NCBI RefSeq assembly: GCF_000020025.1
Contig: NC_010628.1
Span: forward strand, 1,620,001 to 1,652,000
Source: Nostoc punctiforme PCC 73102
GTDB taxonomy: Bacteria; Cyanobacteriota; Cyanobacteriia; Cyanobacteriales; Nostocaceae
Direction of reading: 5' to 3'
Length of the DNA stretch: 32,000 bases
This document shows, piece after piece, positions 16,394 to 25,585 of the stretch (within the stretch, counting starts at the first letter, position 1; every line of letters begins with the position of its first letter). Made by a program: the position numbers and the translations under genes. The notes under the pieces are model-generated. The model did not search any database. It was not told where the DNA came from and saw nothing but the letters and a program-made list of their open reading frames with translations.

Positions 16394-16489
16394 TGCATAG
16401 GCGTAGCCCGCACTTCTCTACGAGACGCTCCGCGTAGCTTGCTTCCACGAAGTGGTACGGCTGCGCTCAGTGACCATCGTAGACATCGC
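16394..16489. repeat. Dispersed GC-rich structured repeat (Nostoc-type intergenic repeat), long copy
   Basis: Starts tgcataggcgtagccc and ends cgtagacatcgc, with nested inverted repeats (cacttc/gaagtg, ctacg/cgtag, gcgtagcc/ggctgcgc). A shorter relative lies at 18044..18074, and the ggcgtagcc core recurs inverted at 21385..21393. The track ORF 16366..16584 (-) is probably an artefact of this repeat. Confidence 0.5.
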
Positions 16490-16700
16490 ACAGCATTCCC
16501 TTTTATACCGATTATCTGTGAGGTCGCATAGAAAAAGGTGATTTTGCCCCAAGTATTACCTAGGTTGATTTTGTGCAGCTTCACAAAGAATTGGTCTTGT
16601 TGGGGCGTTTTCAGAGGAATTCCTTAGCAATATACAGGCGATCGCCATTCTATCCCAGACCAACTGTTACAGTTATAAAAGAGTCTGTAGACAAATAACT

Positions 16701-16856
16701 ATGAGCAACTCTCCTTCAACAGAACCTCAACCTAGCTACGTAAAACTTGCCATGCGAAACATGGTACGGAAGGGTGCAACTTCCCTAAAGCATTTTGCGT
16801 TGACAGCCGTAGGGCTTTTAGCTCTCCTTGTTGGTCTTGCTTACTTAACTCACTAA
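16701..16856 (+). CDS. Small (51-aa) single-pass membrane protein, DUF3285-like, conserved in cyanobacteria
   Basis: Not in the ORF track (below the size cut-off). ATG at 16701; product MSNSPSTEPQPSYVKLAMRNMVRKGATSLKHFALTAVGLLALLVGLAYLTH. It has a basic segment followed by one TM helix, and sits between prfB and ybeY. The family name is from memory. Confidence 0.55.
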   Translation: MSNSPSTEPQPSYVKLAMRNMVRKGATSLKHFALTAVGLLALLVGLAYLTH

Positions 16857-16894
16857 CGAAACTACAAACCGTAAACCTCAGACAAGGAGACTAT

Positions 16895-17434
16895 GTGCCC
16901 CTGAGCGTTGAACTATATGTGGAGGATTCTTTTTACGATTTGTCCCCGACAACATCTGTAAAAATTGAGGATACGGATACTCGAATTCCTTCTGAAACTT
17001 GGGAAAATTGGTTTAATCACTGGTTAGAAATACTCCAACCTCAAATTCCGCCAGCGCCAAGTTATGAAATTGGGCTGTGTTTGACAGATGACTCGCAAAT
17101 TCAAGAACTGAATGCTCAGTATCGTCAACAAAATAAGCCTACAGACGTTTTAGCTTTTGCTGCTTTAGAAGTGGATTTTCCGCAAAGCAAAGAAATGCTT
17201 GCGTCTGTACCATTATACTTAGGTGATATTATCGTGTCTGTAGATACAGCACAGCGTCAAGCTAAACAGCAGGAACATAGCTTACCAACTGAACTAGCTT
17301 GGTTAGCATCTCACGGTTTATTACACCTGTTGGGCTGGGATCATCCTGATGAAGAAAGTTTGGGGCGAATGTTAAAACAGCAAGTAAGATTGCTGAACGC
17401 AATAGGTATTGCTATTGACATGGAATGGCAGTAG
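16895..17434 (+). CDS. ybeY: rRNA maturation endoribonuclease YbeY
   Basis: Metal-binding motif HGLLHLLGWDH and an upstream TDVLAF...LGDIIVS pattern. GTG start, 5 nt after the SD AAGGAGA. Confidence 0.9.
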   Translation: MPLSVELYVEDSFYDLSPTTSVKIEDTDTRIPSETWENWFNHWLEILQPQIPPAPSYEIGLCLTDDSQIQELNAQYRQQNKPTDVLAFAALEVDFPQSKEMLASVPLYLGDIIVSVDTAQRQAKQQEHSLPTELAWLASHGLLHLLGWDHPDEESLGRMLKQQVRLLNAIGIAIDMEWQ

Positions 17435-17579
17435 TTATGTGTTCTTAATGTTAATTTTGGGTAATACTTTTATAATACTTCTGTGCAAATTTGCTTAAAG
17501 ATTGCCTCAAAGTTAATTCTGCCATTAAGATCGGCGAATATTCCCACTGTAGCAACTCTATTTTTGTATTTTTAAGTCT

Positions 17580-18035
17580 ATGTCCCCAAAAATTTCTTCA
17601 TCACCAACGCCTACCTCGTTACAAACACTGGTGTCTAACGAACGGGAATTTTCCTGGAAAGTAGCCTCTAATTTATTTGTTAGTTTTAAATATGCCTGGG
17701 CTGGAATCAGCTATAGTTTTCAAACTCAACGTAATTTTCGCATCCACGTAAGCGTTTGTGCTTTAGCTATCGGTTTAAGCGTATTTTTGCACCTGCAAGC
17801 TGTAGAAATAGCGGTAATTGGTATAACTAGTGGTTTAGTTTTGGCATTAGAGTTACTAAATACAGCGATCGAGTCTCTTGTGGACTTAACCGTTAAGCAG
17901 ACATATCATGAATTAGCAAAAATTGCTAAAGATTGTGCGGCTGGTGCAGTTCTTGTCTCTGCTTTGGTAGCGGTGCTGGTAGCTGGTACGCTATTGCTCC
18001 CTCCTCTGGTAAGGTTAATTATATCCGCTTTATAA
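17580..18035 (+). CDS. dgkA: Diacylglycerol kinase (prokaryotic DgkA family)
   Basis: 151 aa with three TM helices and the conserved ELLNTAIE motif plus a RIH... N-terminal amphipathic region. Confidence 0.85.
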   Translation: MSPKISSSPTPTSLQTLVSNEREFSWKVASNLFVSFKYAWAGISYSFQTQRNFRIHVSVCALAIGLSVFLHLQAVEIAVIGITSGLVLALELLNTAIESLVDLTVKQTYHELAKIAKDCAAGAVLVSALVAVLVAGTLLLPPLVRLIISAL

Positions 18036-18043
18036 ATATGATT

Positions 18044-18074
18044 TGCGTAGGCGTAGCCCAACCTAGGCATCGCC
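18044..18074. repeat. Short copy of the dispersed GC-rich repeat
   Basis: tgcgtaggcgtagccc...ctaggcatcgcc shares both termini with the 16394..16489 element but lacks its internal part. Confidence 0.4.
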
Positions 18075-18259
18075 AAGTGACTTGGTAAGAGGATCGGACT
18101 CTACTCAATTCACATTATAAGAAATTAAAAATTTAAGAAGTGGCTTGTTATAAAGTAGCCGCTTCATATTTATGTGTCTACGTTAGCGTTATTTTTATAT
18201 CTAGCGAACAATATAGTATCAGTAATCTGATGAGAGCTAAAAACCAGGAGTGATGAGCT

Positions 18260-18859
18260 TTGATTATAGTTATCGACAATTACGACAGTTTTACATATAA
18301 CTTAGTGCAATATCTGGGAGAATTGGCAGCAGAATTCTCAGTAGCAGATGATATTAAAGTTTTTCGTAACGACAAGATATCCATAGATGAGATTCGGGCA
18401 TTAAAGCCGGAAGCCGTAGTGATTTCTCCTGGGCCTGGCCGCCCGGAAGATGCGGGTATATCCTTAGAATTGATTGAACAGCTAGGACAAGAGTTGCCAA
18501 TTTTGGGTGTCTGTTTGGGACATCAAAGCATCGGTCAAGTATTCGGTGGTAAAATAATTCCTGCTCCAGAGTTGATGCATGGCAAAACCTCTCAGGTATC
18601 TCACACTGGGGTGGGGGTTTTTCGGGGATTAGAAAATCCTCTCATCGCCACTAGGTATCATAGTTTGGTAATCGAACGTGAGACTTGCCCAGATGTGTTA
18701 GAAATCACCGCTTGGGTTGAAGATAACACCATCATGGGAGTGCGACACCGGAACTATCCTCACATTCAGGGTGTCCAGTTTCACCCAGAGAGTGTCCTGA
18801 CATCTTCAGGAAAACAGTTATTACGAAATTTTCTCGAACAGTTACAGTCAAGAGCATAA
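18260..18859 (+). CDS. trpG: Anthranilate/aminodeoxychorismate synthase component II (class-I glutamine amidotransferase)
   Basis: IIVIDNYDSFTYNLVQYLGEL, catalytic GVCLGHQ, and HPES at the C-terminus. Apparent TTG start, 9 nt after AGGAG. Confidence 0.9.
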   Translation: MIIVIDNYDSFTYNLVQYLGELAAEFSVADDIKVFRNDKISIDEIRALKPEAVVISPGPGRPEDAGISLELIEQLGQELPILGVCLGHQSIGQVFGGKIIPAPELMHGKTSQVSHTGVGVFRGLENPLIATRYHSLVIERETCPDVLEITAWVEDNTIMGVRHRNYPHIQGVQFHPESVLTSSGKQLLRNFLEQLQSRA

Positions 18860-18862
18860 TTA

Positions 18863-19630
18863 ATGAAACGACGACAGTTGATGGGCTATGCTGGGGCGGG
18901 GTTGGCCACAGCTTTAGTTACTACCTTGGGTTCTAAATCTCAAGCTGACGCACAATCTAGCGGTTTATCAGTTCAGTGGTTGGGTCATACTTGCTTTCTT
19001 TTTACTGGTGGTGGTGCAAAAATTCTCGTCAATCCATTTCGGACGGTTGGCTGTACTGCTAAATATCGACTACCAAAAGTTGCAGCAGATTTGGTACTGA
19101 TTAGCAGTCAATTGCTGGATGAAGGTGCGGTAGACGTACTACCGGGAAATGCAAAACTCATCTACGAACCAGGAGTTTATGAGTTTAAAGGTATTAAGTT
19201 CCAAGGAATTGCCATAGACCACGATCGCAAAGGTGGTAAGCAATTTGGCTCAAATACTGCTTGGAGTTGGAAGCAAGGCGGGATTAATATCTTACACTTA
19301 GGGGGAGCCGCTGCACCTATTTCCATCGAGCAAAAAATCTTGATGGGACGACCCGATGTACTATTTATTCCAGTGGGAGGCAGTGCAAAAGCCTACAATG
19401 CTCAAGAAGCAAAGCAGGCTATTCAAGTATTAAATCCCAAGCTGGTGATTCCGACCCATTACCGGACACAAGCGGCTGATGCTGCTAAGTGTGATATTTC
19501 ACCACTTGATGATTTTTTGACCTTAATGCAAGGTACGACAGTGCGGCGTAGTAATGGAGATAGTATTTCCATTAGCCCTAGTAAATTGCCAGAAAAGGGT
19601 GAAATTCAGGTTTTGACTTACAAGTTTTGA
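18863..19630 (+). CDS. MBL-fold metallo-hydrolase with a probable Tat signal peptide
   Basis: N-terminus MKRRQLMGYAGAGLATALVTTLGSKSQA is twin-arginine-like. The body resembles the UPF0173/'L-ascorbate metabolism UlaG-like' beta-lactamase-fold family (WLGHTCFLF...VNPF...HLGG...IPTHY). Confidence 0.7.
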   Translation: MKRRQLMGYAGAGLATALVTTLGSKSQADAQSSGLSVQWLGHTCFLFTGGGAKILVNPFRTVGCTAKYRLPKVAADLVLISSQLLDEGAVDVLPGNAKLIYEPGVYEFKGIKFQGIAIDHDRKGGKQFGSNTAWSWKQGGINILHLGGAAAPISIEQKILMGRPDVLFIPVGGSAKAYNAQEAKQAIQVLNPKLVIPTHYRTQAADAAKCDISPLDDFLTLMQGTTVRRSNGDSISISPSKLPEKGEIQVLTYKF

Positions 19631-19693
19631 GGAGTAGGAAATGAGGGGATAAGGGAGCAGGGGGAGATGAGGAGAAATAATTCCTAACTCCTC

Positions 19694-19719
19694 TAGAGAC
19701 GCGATTGATCGCGTCTCTA
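19694..19719. terminator. Perfect palindromic hairpin between convergent genes (probable bidirectional terminator / repeat)
   Basis: tagagacgcgat-tg-atcgcgtctcta: 12-nt arms, perfectly complementary. It lies between the MBL gene stop (19630) and the FG-GAP gene stop (19737). Confidence 0.5.
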
Positions 19720-19736
19720 CTCATAACTCCTAGCTT

Positions 19737-20960
19737 TTAGAATGTATACCACTGTGGGCCAAGCTTATCTGCATCGCTGATGGGATTCTCAACGGCTGTT
19801 GTTCCATCTATAGTCCAAATGTTGTCTGAACCTGCAGTCTGATCGCGCCAGTAGATATCGGTCTTACCGTCGCCGTTGAAATCACCAAGGGATGGTGTTA
19901 AGGCCGCGTTATTAGCTGGTAAGAAAGCTTCAGTCGCAACTGTTGTACCATCCATCAACCAAGCGGTGTTCGCACCTGTGGTTCCATTGTGCCAGAAAAT
20001 ATCGGTCTTACCATCACCGTTGAAATCACCAATTTTGGAAGTCCAAGATGAGTCAAGTGTTCCCAAAGCGCCTTCTGTGACTAAGATGCCTCTCATCGTC
20101 CAAACCTTGTTCTCACCTGTTTGAGCGTTTCTCCACAGAATGTCAGTGCTTAAATCGCCGTTGAAATCACCAACGCTAGCAGTCCAGGCTGCATCTTGGG
20201 ATTGCAGCGCAAATTCAGTCTTTTGGGCACCATCCATAAACCAAGCGCTGTTATCGCCAGTTGTCGCATTGCGCCAGAAAATATCGCTCTTGCCATTGCC
20301 ATCGAAATCAACAATGGTAGGAGTTAGAGCTGTGTCTGTAGTGTCTAGAACAGTTGCATTCACAACTGTGGTGCCATCCATCTCCCAAATAGCGTTCTCA
20401 CCGGTTGTAGCATTATGCCAGAAGATATCGGTTTTGCGATCGCCGTTGAAATCCCCAATCTGAGGACTCCAGGCTGGATCAACGCTAGATAGAGCAGCCG
20501 CAGAACCAACTCTAGTTCCATCCATCAGCACAATGCTGTTCTCACCGGTTGTCTTATTGCGTAATAAGAAGTCGGTTTTACCATCAGCATTGAAATCAGC
20601 AATTTTGTAATCATAGGCGGATAGGTCAAATTGACCCAAAGAACCCTGTTCGACAACTTTTGTGCCATCCATCAACCGAATGACAATTTCACCAGTTGTA
20701 GAATCGACCCAAACTTTATCTGTTTTACCATCACCGTTGAAGTCAGGAACAATCGCCGCACTGGTTAAGTAAGGATTAGGATTAGGATTTGCTGACACCA
20801 CCGCAGATTGTTGTGGTTGGTAGGAACTCTTACTTCCCAAAAACGAATCAGAACTTAGAGGAGTTACGCTATCAAGAGGAGATGATAATGCTTGTATTTT
20901 TTCGGAAGTTTGCGTCCATTGTGCATTCAAAGTTTTTGAAGTATTTTGATTTCCAAACAT
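19737..20960 (-). CDS. FG-GAP/VCBS-repeat protein, predicted seven-bladed beta-propeller
   Basis: Seven ~47-aa repeats, each with a Ca-binding-like DFNGDGKTD(I/F)(F/L)WRN..TGEN..W.MDGT motif. Low-complexity N-terminal 70 aa. Confidence 0.85.
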   Translation of the reverse strand: MFGNQNTSKTLNAQWTQTSEKIQALSSPLDSVTPLSSDSFLGSKSSYQPQQSAVVSANPNPNPYLTSAAIVPDFNGDGKTDKVWVDSTTGEIVIRLMDGTKVVEQGSLGQFDLSAYDYKIADFNADGKTDFLLRNKTTGENSIVLMDGTRVGSAAALSSVDPAWSPQIGDFNGDRKTDIFWHNATTGENAIWEMDGTTVVNATVLDTTDTALTPTIVDFDGNGKSDIFWRNATTGDNSAWFMDGAQKTEFALQSQDAAWTASVGDFNGDLSTDILWRNAQTGENKVWTMRGILVTEGALGTLDSSWTSKIGDFNGDGKTDIFWHNGTTGANTAWLMDGTTVATEAFLPANNAALTPSLGDFNGDGKTDIYWRDQTAGSDNIWTIDGTTAVENPISDADKLGPQWYTF

Positions 20961-22140
20961 GGTGTGTTTTTATGATTGGTTGTCATATTTTTTTAACTTG
21001 TTTTTGAAGCCACTTTCTGTAACAAAATAACATTTTCTAGGTTTTCCAGATTTCTTTATAACTATTTTTTGTTTATTAATGTCATTGCTTGAAGATAAAT
21101 ATTTGTTTTAAATGATAACTATAAAAATTTCAAGTCCTATATAAGCAATTGTAAAATTCTTTTTGTTCTTTCTGTATATAATGGTTTACAGATAAAGCAA
21201 TAAAGCTTTATCTGTTTTCTTTGACATTAAAAAATTTTCTCAAAATTATACTTATATTTTTAACGGTTCATTAGCCAGACAAAAAGTATTCACACTACAC
21301 TATAGGACTAATATTTGATTGCCTCAAATAACTCTGTACAACTCAAAAAGCTTTCTTGACTATTGCCTCTTGCCTGCTCATTATGGCTACGCCACGCTGT
21401 GCGAACAAAAATCAAAGCGGCTTCCTATAGTAGCCTTTCAAGCTTCGATTCATTGCTAAATAAGTTCACAGTAAGGAATTTAGTCCTTATTTTTAAGTAA
21501 TCAAATGTTTAATACAAACTTTCAAAATTAGCTTTATAAAGTAACATTCGTATTTATTACAAAGTAACAAATACGCTAAAATAGAAATAATCGCTACATG
21601 GTTTCTAATGATTTGTGTAACATTGCCTTCTTTTATGGTAAATTTATCAATTGTTTACGGAACCACTACTATTTTTTATTTTGTGGAATAGCTTCAGATA
21701 GCTGCTTAGTCTTTCAACTGTACTAGAAGATACTTGCACGCCAGCTTCGGAAAAATTAGTATATATAAATACCACGAATTCATCTTTATTAACCACGTAA
21801 GCGATCGCTTTTATTGCTGTGGGTTGAGCAGACATATTCTTTACAGCGTGTTGTGGAATTTATTAACTACCAAGATTGATATGGAATAAGGCGTTAAAAA
21901 TAATTTATTTTTTATGAATATACTCAATTATTCGATAAAAACAATATTTGCGAGTTATTTCAAAATTAGGAAACCTGAGTATTTCAAGATAATTGATTAT
22001 TCTCTAACGATTTATGGCTTGAGTGGAAACAAATATTGGTTAGAATAACTTAGATTAGCAACTGTTAAGAGGCCTGAACTGTGCATCTACCAGTTGCTAG
22101 AGGTGTAAAATAATACAATATTTTCATAAAAACATCAGCT

Positions 22141-23451
22141 ATGCAAGCAGAATATCGGCAGCGTCGTGAGCAGTTAATGGCAAAAATTGGTGATGGCACA
22201 GCCATTTTTCGCAGTGCGCCAATGGCAGTGATGCACAACGATGTCGAGTATGTTTATCGCCAAGACAGTGATTTCTTCTACCTGACTGGTTTTAATGAAC
22301 CACAGGCAGTAGCAGTGTTAGCGCCGCATCATTCAGAACATCGGTTTGTGCTGTTTGTCCAACCGAAGGATCGCGAAAAAGAAGTATGGACTGGTTATCT
22401 TTGTGGGGTAGATGCAGCCAAGGAAATTTATGGTGCTGATGAAGCGTACCCCATTAGCGAGTTAGATGAAAAGTTGCCGCAGTATTTGGAAAAAGCCAGC
22501 CGCATTTACTATCACTTAGGACGCGATCGCAATTTTAACGATCAAATTCTCAAACATTACCAAAGTTTACTACGGACTTACCCTAAGCGCGGTACTGGCC
22601 CGATCGCTATTGAAGATACTGGCCCTGTTCTCAACAGCATGAGACTTATTAAAAGTGAAGCTGAGTTGGGGTTAATGCGTCAAGCGGTTGCGATCGCCAC
22701 GGAAGCACACAATTACGCCCAAGAAATCGCCGCACCCGGACGTTATGAGTACGAAATTCAGGCGGAGATGGAACGGATCTTTCGAGTCCGGGGTGGGATG
22801 GGGCCAGCTTATCCTTCGATTGTGGCTTCTGGCGTGAATGCTTGCGTACTTCACTACATCGAAAATAATCGTCAAATGCAGAATGGAGAATTACTGCTAA
22901 TTGATGCCGGTTGTGCTTACGGTTATTACAACTCGGATATTACGCGGACATTTCCTATTGGGGGTAAATTTACGCCAGAACAAAAGATGCTGTATGAGAT
23001 TGTATTGGAGGCGCAAAAACAAGCGATCGCTCAAGTAAAACCAGGTAATCCCTTCAAATTAGTTCACGATACAGCAGTGCGCGTTATCACTGAAGGTTTA
23101 GTTGAACTTGGCATTCTCAAAGGTGAAATTGATAAGTTAATTGAAGAAGAGAAATATAAGCCATATTATATGCACCGCACCAGTCATTGGTTAGGTTTGG
23201 ATGTTCATGATGTGGGAGTTTACCAGCACGGTCAAGACAAACCGCAGATTTTACAACCAGGCCAAATTCTGACAGTGGAACCGGGATTATATATTGTGCC
23301 TGACACGAAACTAGCAGAAGACCAACCAGAGACCGATCCTCGATGGGTTGGCATTGGTATTCGCATTGAGGATGATGTGTTAGTTACACCTGATGGACAT
23401 GAAGTATTAACTGCGGGAGTTCCCAAGGCAGTGAATGAAGTGGAAAGATAA
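22141..23451 (+). CDS. pepP: Xaa-Pro aminopeptidase (aminopeptidase P, M24B)
   Basis: N-terminal AMP_N region (FRQDSDFFYLTGF) and the M24 metal ligands in context (LIDAGCAYGYYNSDITRTF, HRTSHWLGLDVHD, LTVEPGLY, GIRIEDDVLVT). Confidence 0.9.
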   Translation: MQAEYRQRREQLMAKIGDGTAIFRSAPMAVMHNDVEYVYRQDSDFFYLTGFNEPQAVAVLAPHHSEHRFVLFVQPKDREKEVWTGYLCGVDAAKEIYGADEAYPISELDEKLPQYLEKASRIYYHLGRDRNFNDQILKHYQSLLRTYPKRGTGPIAIEDTGPVLNSMRLIKSEAELGLMRQAVAIATEAHNYAQEIAAPGRYEYEIQAEMERIFRVRGGMGPAYPSIVASGVNACVLHYIENNRQMQNGELLLIDAGCAYGYYNSDITRTFPIGGKFTPEQKMLYEIVLEAQKQAIAQVKPGNPFKLVHDTAVRVITEGLVELGILKGEIDKLIEEEKYKPYYMHRTSHWLGLDVHDVGVYQHGQDKPQILQPGQILTVEPGLYIVPDTKLAEDQPETDPRWVGIGIRIEDDVLVTPDGHEVLTAGVPKAVNEVER

Positions 23452-23478
23452 AAAAATGGGGATGGCATGTACCATCCC
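23450..23478 (-). terminator. Rho-independent terminator (minus-strand sense), also directly after the pepP stop
   Basis: Stem gggatgg (23459..23465) / ccatccc (23472..23478). On the minus strand it is followed by T7 (A7 at 23450..23456 on +). It is 147 nt downstream of the 195-aa minus-strand gene and abuts the pepP stop. Confidence 0.6.
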
Positions 23479-23624
23479 TAAGATAATTTAAGCTAAAAAA
23501 TCATAGTTAAACTTTAAAGACGTGAATTTGACGGAATTAAAAAATATTACACAGGTCGTAGGTTTGACAAAATCATAGCGATCGTTACTTTTGGCACTAA
23601 AAGCAATAACAGAAAGTTATTAAA

Positions 23625-24212
23625 TCAAGAACAACCCTCAACAAATTCAACTTCTGGTAGTTTACCTGAGCGAAACTGAGTGACACGCTTACCGTCAGTC
23701 TCGAATACCACACGATAATTCTGATTAGAACGGTCTTTCGGGATAAATGTCAAGTAGTGTCCGCCTTGGACATATTTATGAGGTGTGACTTTAATTTGTC
23801 CCGGGTAGAGAGACTTGATTTGCGCTTCGGTGTCGCCAATTTTTCCACCTTTAAGGGTAGTAATTTGGGTATTCTGCCGCACATCTACTCTAGAAATGCG
23901 ACCTTTTGTAACCATAAATAAAAGATTTTTGGGTTCGTTTTGTGGCTTAACATAGTAGCAACTGTTATTCGGCGAATCTCCCGCTAGCTTAGTACCAGCA
24001 GCTTTTGCCGCTTGGGAAACAGTCATCCCAACTTTTACCTCTCCGATACCATTGATGGACAATTTCGATTTATTTGTCAGTTTCGCCTGTGCTACAACTG
24101 TACTGACACTTAGAAAAGAAACTGCCAACGTTAAGGAAGCAAGAGTCAATAATTTAGCTTTATTATTCATAAATTGTGGAAATAAAAGCGGGTAGATATT
24201 TATATACAGCAT
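23625..24212 (-). CDS. Hypothetical secreted/periplasmic protein
   Basis: Signal peptide if started at M15 (position 24170): MNNKAKLLTLASLTLAVSFLSVSTVVAQA. No recognisable catalytic motif. Only 22 nt downstream of the ARH gene on the same strand. Confidence 0.6.
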   Translation of the reverse strand: MLYINIYPLLFPQFMNNKAKLLTLASLTLAVSFLSVSTVVAQAKLTNKSKLSINGIGEVKVGMTVSQAAKAAGTKLAGDSPNNSCYYVKPQNEPKNLLFMVTKGRISRVDVRQNTQITTLKGGKIGDTEAQIKSLYPGQIKVTPHKYVQGGHYLTFIPKDRSNQNYRVVFETDGKRVTQFRSGKLPEVEFVEGCS

Positions 24213-24234
24213 CTATGCTGCCAGTTTCGGATTT

Positions 24235-25494
24235 TCAAGTTGTTGATTGGCGAAATTCTGCTATTACTTCGATCAAACCAACGATATTACGGTTGAATTC
24301 AGGTAAATCTTCCGCAGGTATCCAATATTCCTGATGTATGGAACCGCCTACAGTTTTTACGGAGTAGCGGCTTAAAAACTCTGCACGCACCTGAAAACGT
24401 GTCACATAGCCGATATATCCTGTGTCAGTACTTGCCGCATTCCAGTTACGGGCAATTTGTGCGGCGTATTCTTCGTTAAGTACCGGGTAGAAAATAGGCT
24501 GTTCAGGTAATCGTGGAGGAAATTCACTATCGCCACTTTCTTTAATCAAAGCCAGTTCTTTTGGCCCAGTGGGACGGAAAAGAGTGATTGTTTCTCGATC
24601 GCCCTTGGGCAAAGGTTCTCGTGCTTGCACCCATGCCGTGGGAATACCTTCTACACCTGTAGATACCGCCACAATACCACCCGCGATCGCACAAGTAGTA
24701 TCTCTATCTCCCAAGCCACTTACAGTTAACCACAGAGCTTCTTCGTAGTTGTCAAGATGTTGGGCAGCACACCATAGTGCAAAGGGGACTGTATCTTGTG
24801 CTGAGACATGAGTGCCATTTCCTAAGATTGCCGCTGCTAATTGCACTGATGTGTTTTCCGACAAATTCACAGCCTGATGAATTTTTGCACTTACCTCACT
24901 TTCTGGAACATAAGGTAAGACAAGGTTGAGAAAATCTTCTTTGCTGGGTAAAGAATCTTTGAGTCTCCACGCCCAAGCAGCAGCAACTGCTACGGCAATT
25001 GCATCTGCGATCGCTTCTGGATGAGTGTGAGTGATTTCGGCGCTGGCTTGTGCTTGCTTGACAACTAAATCCAAATCTTCGGCAAAGAACGCCCCTATCG
25101 GTGCAACGCGCATTGCTGCTCCATTTCCATAAGAACCTTGTCCGTTGAACAGACTACTTGCCAATTTCTGCCAAGATTCGCCATTGCATATTTGCGTTAA
25201 CAGCCTGTGCATCGCTGCACCATAACCCCGTTGGCTATCGTATTGTTTGGCAAAGCTTTGTGCCAGATAATCTTGGTTAATTTCCCCGTATTCTTGGAGA
25301 GTTGACACAATTTAGAGCGCCATCTGGGTATCGTCAGTGTAGTACCAAGGTGATGCAGGGATAGCACGGCTAACAATCAGACTTTCCACCACATCTGGAT
25401 GCAGAAAAAATCGCTCTCCAAAAGCATCACCCACTGATAAACCTTCAAGGGAGGATTGAGCGCGAAGCAGGCGAAGATCGTTAGTTGTTGACAT
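24235..25494 (-). pseudogene. ADP-ribosylglycohydrolase (ARH/DraG family) fused to an uncharacterised ~120-aa C-terminal domain, interrupted by an in-frame TAA
   Basis: ORF 25312..25494 (..GLSVGDAFGERFF..YYTDDTQMAL*) and ORF 24235..25308 are in the same frame, separated only by TAA (25312..25314) plus one codon. Joined, they give a normal ARH N-terminus (GDAxG, TDDTQM) and late motif (GDRDTTCAIAGG). The C-terminal domain is FRPTGPKELALIKESG..FPPRLPEQPIFYPVLNEEYA..IARNWN...YWIPAEDLPEFNRNIVG. Confidence 0.75.
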
Positions 25495-25585
25495 AAGTCA
25501 TTAATAAATTCTTTATCTTAACTAATATCTTACAAGTGTAATTTATAGGATATTATGAACTCCTAGCCTGTTGTGTTGGTTTTTA

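Noticed and set aside
16366-16584. 72-aa ORF on the minus strand
   Set aside because: It spans the GC-rich dispersed repeat. An Arg/Ser/Ala-rich product of this kind (…GASRREVRATPMHQ…) is a known artefact of translating these repeats.
19876-20463. Periodic DNA repeats and antisense ORFs with a reiterated 'KSPLKSP' pattern; briefly considered as a repeat array or CRISPR-like structure
   Set aside because: The ~141-nt periodicity is the coding repeat of the FG-GAP propeller on the minus strand. The repeats are imperfect and contiguous with no unique spacers. The + strand ORFs are mirror-frame artefacts.
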